Made by a program: the position numbers and the translations under genes. Of a stretch of DNA of 64,000 nucleotides, positions 53,566 to 64,000 are shown one piece after another. The notes under the pieces are model-generated. The model made no database searches and was not told the origin of the DNA. It saw only the letters and a program-made list of their open reading frames with translations. How positions within the stretch are numbered: the first letter of the stretch is position 1; each line of letters starts with the position of its first letter. Origin of the DNA: Chiloscyllium plagiosum (Eukaryota). The DNA is taken from NCBI RefSeq assembly GCF_004010195.1, contig NC_057710.1, positions 148,954,554-149,018,553 of the forward strand, in the 5' to 3' direction.

Positions 53566-55312
53566 GAGAGAAGATTTGTAGCTCGGGTGTTCGTTGTTAT
53601 GGTTCTGTTTGCCGAGCTGGGAATTTGTGTTGCAGACGTTTCGTCCCCTGTCTAGGTGACATCCTCAGTGCTTGGGAGCCTCCTGTGAAGCGCTTCTGTG
53701 ATGTTTCCTCTGGCATTTATAGTGGTTTGTCTCTGTCGCTTCCGGTTGTCAGTTCCAGCTGTCCGCTGCAGCGGCCGGTATATTGGGTCCAGGTCGATGT
53801 GTTTGTTGATTGAATCTGTGGATGAGTGCCATGCCTCTAGGAATTCCCTGACTGTCCTATAATAGTAGTGTTGTCCCAGTCGAACTCAGGTTGCTTGCCA
53901 TCTGAATGTATGGCTACTAAGGATAGCTGGTCGTGTCATTTCGTGGCTAGTTGGTGTTCATGGATATGGATCGTTACCTGTCTTTCTGTTTGCCCTATGC
54001 AGTGTTTTGTGCAGTCCTTGCATGGGATTTTATATACTCTGCTGGTTTTGTTCATGCTGGGTATCGGGTCCTTTGTCCTGGTGAGCTGTTGTCTGAGAGT
54101 GGCTGTTGGTTTGTGTGCTGTTATAAGTCCCAGTGGTCGTAGTAGTCTAGCTGTCAGTTCAGAAATGTTCTTGATGTATGGTAACGTGGCTAGTCCTTGG
54201 GTTGTGGCATGTCCTCATTCCATTGTCTTTCCCTTAGGCATCTGTTGATGAAATTGCGGAGGTATCCATTTTTGGCGGATACATTGTAGAGGTGTTCTTC
54301 TTCCTCTTTTTGCAGTTCTGATGTGCTGCAGTGTGTTGTGGCCCTTTTGAACAGTGTCTTGATGCAACTTCTTGTGTGTGTATTGGGGTGGTTGCTTTCG
54401 TACTTTAGGACTTGATCTGTGTGCGTGGCTTTCCTGTATACCTTTGTGGTGAATTCTCCGTTCGGTGTTCTCTGTACCATCACGTCTAGGAATGGGAGTT
54501 GGTTGTCCTTTTCTTCCTCTCTAGTGAATCAGATTCTTGTGAGTGTGGCGTTGATGATCCGGTGTGTGTTTTCTATTTGTCTTTTTAATGATTACAAAGG
54601 TGTCATCTAGATATCTGACCCAGAGTTTGGGTTGAATGTGCAGTAAGACTGTTTGTTCTAATCTTCACTAGAGAGGAAGAAAAGGACAACCAACTCCCAT
54701 TCCTAGACGTGATGGTACAGAGAACACCGAATGGAGAATTCACCACAAAGACTACTCCGACCACTAGGACTGATAACAGCACACAAACCAACAGCCACTC
54801 TCAGACAACTCACCTGGACAAAGGACCCGATACCCAGCATGAGCAAAACCAACGTAGTATACAAAATCCCATGCAAGGACTGCACAAAACACTACATAGG
54901 ACAAACAGGAAGACAGCTAACGATCCGTATCCATGAACACCAACTAGCCACGAAACAACACGACCAGCTATCCTTAGTAGCCACACACACGGATGACAAG
55001 CAACATGAGTTCGACTGGGACAACACTACTATTATAGGACAAGCCAAACAGAGAGCAGTCAGGGAATTCCTAGAGGCATGGCACTCATCCACTGATTCAA
55101 TCAACAAACACATCGACCTGGACCCAATATACCGGCCACTGCAGCGGACAGCTGGAACTGACAACCGGAAGCGGCAGAGACAAACCACTGGAAACCAGAG
55201 GAAACACCACAGAAGCACTTCACAGGAGGCTCCCAAGCACTGAGGATGTCACCTAGACAGGGGACGAAACATCTGCAACACAAATTCCCGGCTTGGCGAA
55301 CAGAACCACAAC
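53566..55312. mobile_element. Inverted-pair PLE (RT C-terminus + GIY-YIG), 15-bp TSD
   Basis: Minus arm 53566-~54660 (TKVYRKATHTDQVL..ESNHP), plus arm ~54662-55312 (VVYKIPCKDCTKHYIGQTGR); ATAAATCAAAA(A/G)ATT at 53551-53565 and 55313-55327. Confidence 0.92.
53632..53671 (-). ncRNA. Minimal hammerhead ribozyme motif, sense to SMAD1
   Basis: GCA-CUGAGGA-U-GUCACCUAGACAGGGGAC-GAAAC-GUC-UGC, intact core. Confidence 0.72.
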
Positions 55313-55599
55313 ATAAATCAAAAGATTTGCTGTTTATTAATGACGCCTGATTGATCGATCTTATTCAGAACCCACTATAGATAAAGTGTATAGCTGGTCT
55401 GTTTGGTAACTGGGAAAAACATTTGAATATATGTTGTGACTAGTGAACTATTGAGACTAGAAATAGTGCATTCCTTAGTTTTAACAGATCATCGATCTCA
55501 TCTAAGCATTTGACCATAGAAGCAGAGGCAGCCTATTTATTTTAAAGAAAACTGGCTGCCTGCCAAGCTGCTCAGTGTGATCTACTCTCCATGAAAGCA

Positions 55600-56220
55600 T
55601 GATGGGCAAGGTCAATTACGGCAGGGCAACATTGGAATCGTTAGAGCTGCACAATGGAGTCAAATATTGCCATCAGTGACATATTTTCTTTTTCCTTGTC
55701 ATATGCCTTCAGGTCGTCTACTGCAGGTACCACTTACAATACAGAATTGACAGGAAGGTAATCAGCCTTCCCGATCAAGATCCAAGACAAATGTTTGCCA
55801 AGTCCCCAGTAAAGAGTTGCTCAGGTCAATAACCTGCACTAGCATTCTACACTGAAGAATATCAGCAGCAAATCTGTAAAATTGTTGCCACGTCACTATC
55901 GATCATCATTGACAATGAGGCAATGAGGTTACGGATAGCTTTACACAGTCAGGCTCCACAGCTATCAGTGATCCATCATTTAATGCTGAAATCTGCACTT
56001 TACTCTGTTTTTATGTCCAAGCTGAGTGACGGTGTGTGAAACAGCAGCACACTAAACACCAAGTCAACAAAGCCCAGCAACACAGGACAAACCCAAGCAA
56101 AAAAGGGTGAACACGTTCCAAAATGTATTGTCCAAGACATGTCCTCAACATTTCTTGACATGATAAAATCACGAAGAGATTCTGAGGTGAGCCAATTCCA
56201 TCAACATACATTATCAAAAG
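55600..56220 (+). mobile_element. Decayed RTE-like LINE fragment
   Basis: Weak resemblance to an RTE RT C-terminal region; many lesions. Confidence 0.4.
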
Positions 56221-56520
56221 CTACAGACCGAGAGGAAGATCAAGTGATAAATTACCATTATCACATTCTTTGAACCTCATTTAGAATTTAACAGCATTTA
56301 GCTTTCGACATTTGTGTAGCATCTAGAATCCCTAAAAAACTGGAGCAAATGGTAATAATGGAGAAAAATCTCCACTGGTTGGAATCATACCAAGTACGAA
56401 AATTAGATGGCTGCCCTTGTTGGTGCCCAACCATCTCAGTCCCAGGTCAATGCTGCAGGAGGTCCTAGATAAACCATCTTCAGCTGGCGCTAAGTTTAAA
56501 AGTGGGAATGTTCAATGATT

Positions 56521-57951
56521 GTTGCAAGGTTTGTAGCTCAGGTTGAGGTTTAGGGTGTAGGTTTGCTCGCTGAGCTGTAGGTTTGATATCCAAACGTTTC
56601 ATTACCTGGCTAGGTAACATCATCAGTGGCGACCTCAAGTAAAGCGAAGCTGTTGTCTCCTGCTTTCTATTTATGTTTGTCCTGGATGGGGTTCCTGGGG
56701 TTTGTGGTGATGTCATTTCCTGTTCGTTTTCTGAGGGGTTGATAGATGGCATCTAGATCTATGTGTTTGTTTATGGCGTTGTGGTTGGAGTGCCAGGCCT
56801 CTAGGAATTCTTTGGCAGGTCTTTGCTTAGCCTGTCCCAGGATAGATGTGTTTTCCCAGTCGAAATGGTGGGTTTTTTTTCATCCGTGTGTAGGGCTACG
56901 AGGGAGAGAGGGTCGTGTCTTTTTGTGATGAGCTGGTGTTCACGTATCCTGGTGGCTAACTTTCTTCTTGTTTGTCCTACGTAGTGTTTGTGGCAGTCCT
57001 TGAATCGAATTTTGTAGATGACGTTGGTTTTGTCCATGGGTTGTACTGGGTCTTTTTAAGTTTGTTAGTTTTTGTTTGGGAGTGTTGGTGGGTTTGTGTG
57101 CTACTAGGATTCCGAGGGGTCTTAGTAGTCTGGCTCTCATTTCTGAAACTTCTTTGATGTACGGTAAGGTGGTTAGGGTTTCTGGCTGTGTTTGGTCTGC
57201 TTGTCGTGGTTTGTTCTTGAGGAATCTGCGCACTGTACTTTTTGAGTATCCGTATTCAAGAAGAACGGATACTCAAAAAAATACAGTCCACAGATTCCTC
57301 CAGAACAAACCACGACAAGCAGACCAAACACAGCCAGAAACCCTAACCACCTTACCATACATCAAAGAAGTTTAAGAAATGACAGCCAGACTACTAAGAC
57401 CCCTCGGAATCCTAGTAGCACACAAACCCACCAACACTCTCAAACAAAAACTAACAAACTTAAAAAGACCCAGTACAACCCATGGACAAAACCAACATCA
57501 TCTACAAAATTCGATTCAAAGACTGCCACAAATACTACGTAGGACAAACAGGAAGAAAGTTGGCCACCAGAATACGTGAACACCTGCTCGCCACAAAAAG
57601 ACATGACCCCCTCTCCCTTGTAGCCCTACACATGGATGGAAAAAACCACCATTTTGACTGGGACAGGCTAAGCAAAGATATGCCAGAGAATTCCTAGAGG
57701 CCTGGCACTCCAACCACAAACGCCATAAACAAACACATAGATCTAGATGCCATCTATCAACCCCTCAGAAAACGAACAGGAAATGACATCACCACAAACC
57801 CCAGGAACCCCATCCAGGACAAACATATAAATAGAAAGCAGGAGACAACAGCTTCGCTTCACTTGGAGGTCGCCACTGATGATGTTACCTAGCCAGGTAA
57901 TGAAACGTCTGGATATCAAACCTACAGCTCAGCGAGCAAACCTAAATTCTA
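56521..57951. mobile_element. Near-perfect ~1.4-kb palindromic PLE, 14-bp TSD
   Basis: ~700-bp arms inverting at ~57258; GIY-YIG in both; AATGTTCAATGATT at 56507-56520 and 57952-57965; tail on the left arm only. Confidence 0.93.
57873..57912 (+). ncRNA. Minimal hammerhead ribozyme motif (partner on minus at 56593-56626)
   Basis: CCA-CUGAUGA-U-GUUACCU(AGCC)AGGUAAU-GAAAC-GUC-UGG. Confidence 0.75.
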
Positions 57952-59101
57952 AATGTTCAATGATTACACAGGTTTTAGTACCACTCATAACACTTCAGAT
58001 ACTGAAGCAGGTTATGCACAGCATGAGTCCGAGGACTCAGGCTTAGACATGTAACATGCTCATCACACAAGCCCTACCTAATAACCACCTTCAACAAGCA
58101 AATCTAACTATCACTCCTCTGATCCCTAGTTGGCTCCAACTGCCTTGAAAGAGCAAGCACTTGTTAATAAATAACACAAGCCTGAAATAAATATCTTGGG
58201 ATTTAAATGTCCAGGTTCTTTCTGGTTTTGATGAAATTTTCATTTTCAAATCCACAAGCATAAGTGGGCAAGTCCATTTATTTTTTCAATTTGCACTGCT
58301 AAATATATTTTACACTAGGAAACTCTACCAAACATTATTTCCAATTAACAGAGTTAAGCACTTTCATTACCATAACACTGGCTAAAGGAAATGCATCCCT
58401 GAAGTTGGCATGGTGATTAGATGAGCTTATGGCAGAATAGAGGATACATCCCTCTTTTAGCAACCCACTGAATTCAATTACAGGAGGGTTATAGTAGAAC
58501 TGTATGGAATATTAGTTGGGCTAGAGCGAAAGTACTGTGCCCAGTTCTCATCACATTACAAAAAGTATGCCATCGTACTAGACAGGGACTTCAATTACTG
58601 TTGCCTGCACTGGAGAAAAGATTGGATAAGCTGGTCTTTGGATGAGATAAGATTCGGGGAGTAGATAATAGAGGTGCATAAAGCTATGACGTCCTAGCTG
58701 GAATATAAATTTTTCTTAGCATTTCAGTCAATATGAGGGGACACAGTTTCAAGTTATTTAGTAGAAAGACAAGAGTTGAAATCTTTCCATCTAGAGGTAG
58801 TGAGGATTTGTAACTTGTTGCCTGAAAGACTGGAGAGAGTAGAAACTCTCATTGCATTTAGAAGTTGCTTGAAGTGCCAAATTGTCAGGATTACAGACCA
58901 AGAGCTGGATAATGGGCTTAGGCTGAATAGCATTTTGTTGACTGGCATAGGTAGTGTGGGCCAATGTCTTCCTTCTGTGCCATAAAATTCCATTACTTAC
59001 AGGTTCCGTTGTGATTTGTTCATTATACAGATCGTATTGTATAACATCAGAGTACCAAATTAAAAATTACTGCTCAAAGTGACACTTATGACCAAACACA
59101 T

Positions 59102-59392
59102 GGGGCGGCACGGTGTCTCAGTGGTTAGCACTGCTGCCTTACAGCACCAAGGTCCCAGATTCAATTCCAGCCTCGGGCGACTGTCTGTGTGGAGTTTGCA
59201 CATTCTCCCCGTGTCTGCGTTTCCTCCCACAGTCCAAAGATGTGCAGGTCAGGTGAATTGGCCATGTTAAATTGCCCATAGTGTTAGGTATATTAGTCAG
59301 AGGGAAATGGGTCAGGGTGGGTTACTCTTCAGAAGGTCGGTGTGGACTTGTTGGGCAGAAGGACCTATTTCCACACTGAAGGGAATCTAATC
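59102..59392 (+). mobile_element. HE1-like V-SINE
   Basis: Homologous to 22559-22877. Confidence 0.85.
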
Positions 59393-60079
59393 ACATAGGA
59401 TATACAGCACAAAAATAAGCCATGCAGCATAACAAGTGCATTCCAGTGATTATGCTCCACTCAAGCCTCATTCCATCATTCTTCATCCAAATTAATCACA
59501 ACCATTTACTCCATTCTCTTAAATTCTGGCTTGTCTGTTTTCCCCTGAAAACAGCTCATCCATGCTATCTGCTTCAACTCCACCCTATGGCAGTGAATTC
59601 CACATCTTTATCATTTCCTGTGGCAAAGACATTTTTGTCTGAATTCCCTATTAAATTCTTGATGATTACCTTATATTGATGTCCCTAGATATGGCCTTCC
59701 CCCCGAAGATGAAACATTCTCCCTGTATCCATTCAATCAAAATCTTTCACTGTTAAAAGTTTCAATCATGCCACACTTTCGGCTTCTTTTCTTCCCCAAG
59801 TAAGAGACCAGACCATCAATTCTTCCTCAATTGTCTAACTATATATTTCTGCTATCATCCTTGTAAATCTTCTCTGCATCCTGTTCAGTGCTTCTAGATC
59901 CGTTTTTATAATATGTAGAATAGAACTGAACTCCAGACTCAAAAGCGAGTTCCAAACAAGATTCAATAACAATTTAGTGTAATTCTCTAGCTCAGTCTAT
60001 ACCAGCAATAATTAAACTAAATATTCCACAAAATGTCTTTTAATCTCTTAACCACCTCCACAGATTGGAATAGGAGGGA

Positions 60080-60700
60080 ATAGAGTCATAGAGTCATGGA
60101 GATGTACAGCATGGAAACAGACCCTTCGGTCCAACCCGTCCATGCCGACCAGATATCCCAACCCAATCTAGTCCCACCTGCCAGCACCTGACCCATATCC
60201 CTCCAAACCCTTCCTATTCATATACCCACCCAAATGCCTCTTAAATCTTGCAATTGTACCAGCCTCCACCACTTTCTCTGGCAGCTCATTCCATACCCAT
60301 AACACCCTCTGTGAAAAGGTTGCCCCTTAGGTCTCTTTTATATATTTCCCCTCTCACCTTAAACCTATGCCCTCTAGTTCTGGACACCACAACCCCAAGG
60401 AAAAGACTTTGCCTATCTACCCTATCCATGCCCCTCATTATTTTATAAACCTTTATAAAGGTCACCCCTCAGCCTCCGACGCTCCAGTGAAAAACAGCCC
60501 CAACCTGTTCAGCATCTCCCTATAGCTCAAATCCTCCAACCCTGGCAACATCCTTGTAAATCTTTTCTGAACCCTTTCAAATTTCACAACATCTTTCCGA
60601 TAGGAAGGAGACCAGAACTGCACGCAATATTCCAAGTAGCCTAACCAATGTTCCGTACAGCTGCAACATGACCTCCTGTACTCAATACTCTGACCAATAA
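60080..60700 (-). mobile_element. CR1 LINE 3' fragment (relatively young)
   Basis: (TAGAGTCA)n tail and CR1 C-terminal coding sequence antisense. Confidence 0.85.
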
Positions 60701-62559
60701 AAATTTAATGCAAATAAGGTACACACTCAATAACATGTTCTGGAGTTGTTTGGGCAAAATCCTGGAACACTGATAGCACTATGGGTGTACATCATGTGGT
60801 CTACAGAAGTTCAAGATGGTGGCATAACACCACTGTCTCAAGAGCAATTAGGAATAGGCATGAAATGCTGACCTCATTAGATATACCTACACTTCAGACA
60901 AGAATGTAACAAAAACAAATGTAATATGTGATTTTAGAGAAATCTATAATTAATCTTCACTAAGGTCATCCCCATTCTAGATGCTAGGTTTTTATTGCAA
61001 CTCTCCTTCGAAAGAGAAATCACTGCAATCATTATCCTCTTGTGAAGCAATCAGTACAGAAGTGGCTGGGGTGAGGGGAGAGGAGGAGGAAGAGACCTCA
61101 TGCATGGTCACAAACCTTCTTATAAATATATAGTTATCTCGACCACTTCATGGGACAAATACAGGTCTCGACTTATCAATTCCATAATTCATGTGCTTTA
61201 GAGGTATTAACCTGCTTTTAGTGGTACATATTTGCGTTAAATACAAGATAAATAAAAACCTGATTGAACAAATGTTTTGGAGTTAATTATGTTTACAACG
61301 TAATAGTGTTAGTGTTACAAGGTCAGAAGCAGAAATGTACAACAACAAATGATCCACCTGAGATTTTAATGGAGACAGAAGGTTTACCTTTTCCTCAATT
61401 AAAACAGTTAAAACACTGATACTGTTCCTAAATGAAAAGCAGGCAGTAGTTCAGATTGCAAAAGGAACACAAGTGATACCTCACAGCGTTTAGTGAGGAG
61501 GCTATTTTTTTCGGATACACAAGATGATTTGCATGATTTAGAGAAATTTTGTCCAAAAGTTGTCAACTCAGATGATCAATTATAGTGAACAGCAAGGAGG
61601 ACACAATGGCAGACAAGGCAGATACAATTTCATGCGGACAACAGATTGGCAAGAAAAATATATGGAATAGACATATACACTGAACTGCAAGATATTTCAG
61701 AACGAACTGTTCAGAAAGCTAGTGCTTGGGATGAATGCGTTAAATGATGTGGCTTGTAAAAATGAAAATCATGAAAATTTATTGGGAATGGTTAAGAGAT
61801 GCTTGTTAATTAAGTACATATAGGCAGAGGGCACTGACTGCATTGTCACTTTAGAACATAAAAAAAATGGGGACAAGGGATCAATTTGGCAAGATGAGAT
61901 ATATTGGAGACAAGAGAGGAACAGAATAAATGGGAAATGAGCATAAGAGAACACATCCTGCCAGTTGTCTTAAATCAGGCACTGATTGATTGTCTTTGAT
62001 CAATCAACCTTCCTGGATTATTCCTCCTCTCCAACCAGCTGACACAGGTTGATCCATCAGGTACAATGCATGACAACAGTCCCACTTGCAGGCGGGCTCA
62101 TCCCAACAGCAGCAAAGGACCTTAAATGACCCTGACTGGTCATAAGGGCCTTGACTAGCGGCAGGACAGGAAGGTCAACCATGGACCTTACCAGCTCAGA
62201 TTTAATTCTCGTACACATAAGTTGGTGACAGAGTTTGGGAATGCCGCCACTCCACCTGTGCACATTCCTACCTCCATGCTCACCTGCTGTGCGCAGGAGG
62301 TTCTGCTTATTTTGACAATATCACTGCCTCCACAATATTTTCTTCCATCTCCCCTCAGTTCCCTCTCTCGTTGATTGACTGGTCTATTCAATAAAGCACA
62401 AAGCAGTGCTACCAATGAGGGGAAATAGTAAAAGCAGAACAGCTACAATGTTAACCTAGTCACCATGAGGAAGAGAGCTGTCCAGAAGCAGTTAAAGCCT
62501 GATATAAGGACTAAGAATGGACATAAGGATATACAGGAAAATACATAAGGTAAAGCAAC

Positions 62560-62770
62560 CATAGGCCTTACCAGACCATAGAGCAGCTCTTTTATCAGAG
62601 ACAGGTGACATGTAGTGGTTTAATTGGAGGGTCAACATGCCTCAGATGAAGGGAGTGGTTGAGAAGAAAAATGCTTCATGGCAACCTCAGCCAGTATATG
62701 AAATAAACCCAGACTGTTGGCATCATTCTGCATTGCAAACTGGCCATCCAGGCAACTGAGCTAGCCAACA
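62560..62770 (-). mobile_element. tRNA-derived SINE
   Basis: Minus head GTTGGCTAGCTCAGTTGCCTGGATGG; homolog at 9222. Confidence 0.55.
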
Positions 62771-63454
62771 TCAGAGAAAGTACATACGGATATGAGAAAG
62801 ACAGCATCGGGGTGAATGACAGGTTGGAGTCCAATTTTTTAATATTAATGCACAGCATATAAAAATTAATTGAATTGCAATCTCAAATACATCCATGCAG
62901 ATATAAAATTTGACTATTAGAGGCATAACTGCAAAATAGTAATAACTAGGAGTAAAATATTTCTTAAATTGGAAGTGGAGGAAGTGTAGCTTATTAATTA
63001 AATATATTTTTACAATAATAGTAGCAGAACAATCAGCACGGACACATGGTTAGAACTGAGGAATAAGTTGGGACTGAATAATTCAATGGGATTTGGTTGC
63101 AGGGTCTTTGATAGCAGCGAAGTGGTAGAATGTTTTACTGCATAAACACATGGCTAAAAGAGTGGTGTGGGGAAAAAGGGGTCTCTTTTCATGGGGCACT
63201 GGCATCAGTATTGGAACAGAAGGATCTGTACTGCTGTGAATGTCTCCACCCAAAACGAGCTGGCCAATGTTCTAGCGAAAAAGAGTAAATAGGCTGGTCA
63301 ACAGACTTTAAACTAGAAAGGTGAGAGGCAACATCCCCCAGCAGAAATCAAAGCAGAAGGTTAACATCTAGAGGGGTGGATTCAACTGCGTGGAAAAATA
63401 TGAAAGGAATGACAGGGAATGAGAACTCAGGAGAGGTTATTAAAGTCTCCAACA

Positions 63455-63657
63455 CAGAGTCGAGAGTGTAGTGCTAGAAAGACACAACAGGTTAGGCAGC
63501 ATCTGAGGAGGAGAATTTATGTTTTGGGCATAAGCCCTTCATCGGGAATGCTGAAACATCAATTCTCATACTCCTCGGATGCTGCCTGACCTGCTGTGTC
63601 TTTCCAGACCAACACACTCTACTCTGATCTCCAACATCTGCTGTCCTCACTTTCTCC
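63455..63657. mobile_element. Miniature inverted-pair PLE
   Basis: Arms invert at ~63548 within decayed hammerhead motifs; tail on the right arm; partial TSD TCTCCAA. Confidence 0.75.
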
Positions 63658-63729
63658 AAATAGGACAGTGCTTGGAAAGGGTCAGCAATCAACTTCAAGC
63701 ACACTGGACAAGCAAATGATAATGAGAAG

Positions 63730-64000
63730 AGGGACAGTTATTACAAGACTGAAGGTGTTATATCTGAATATACGCAGTATAAGGAATAAGGTAAATGAGC
63801 TTGTGACGCAGATCGAAATTGGCAGGTATGATGTGGTGGGCATCACGGAGACGTTGCTGCAAAAGGATCAGGATTGGAAGCTGAATATTAAATGATATTC
63901 TATCAAAAAGACAGGCAGGTGGTCAAAGGGAGTAGAGTTGCCTTATTAGTAAGAAATGAAATTAAATCAATAGTAAGAAATGAAGTAGAGAGACATGGTG
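63730..64000 (+). mobile_element. CR1 ORF2 AP-endonuclease start
   Basis: LKVLYLNIRSIRNKVNEL...YDVVGITET. Confidence 0.82.

Overview
Eukaryotic, not microbial, DNA: an AT-rich, repeat-dense vertebrate region, most likely a shark or other cartilaginous fish (inferred from HE1/V-SINE-type SINEs and abundant CR1 LINEs). Two genes lie on the minus strand: the last coding exon and 3' UTR of SMAD1 (50693-50836) and, downstream of it, five coding exons of MMAA (45307 down to 6121; the final exon lies left of the window), with a CpG island at the MMAA start. Introns hold CR1/L2/Rex1/RTE LINE fragments, SINEs, a Tigger/pogo derivative and an env-less class I ERV remnant. The most striking pattern is about 17 Penelope-like element (PLE) insertions from several families carrying minimal hammerhead-ribozyme motifs. 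Many are inverted (fold-back) pairs flanked by 13-16 bp target-site duplications, with a ~30-37 nt tail on one arm only, and the miniature copies have breakpoints clustering at the ribozyme. A 44-nt inverted copy of MMAA coding exon 3 lies in the following intron and could pair with that exon in the pre-mRNA. All coordinates were counted by hand; repeat boundaries are approximate.
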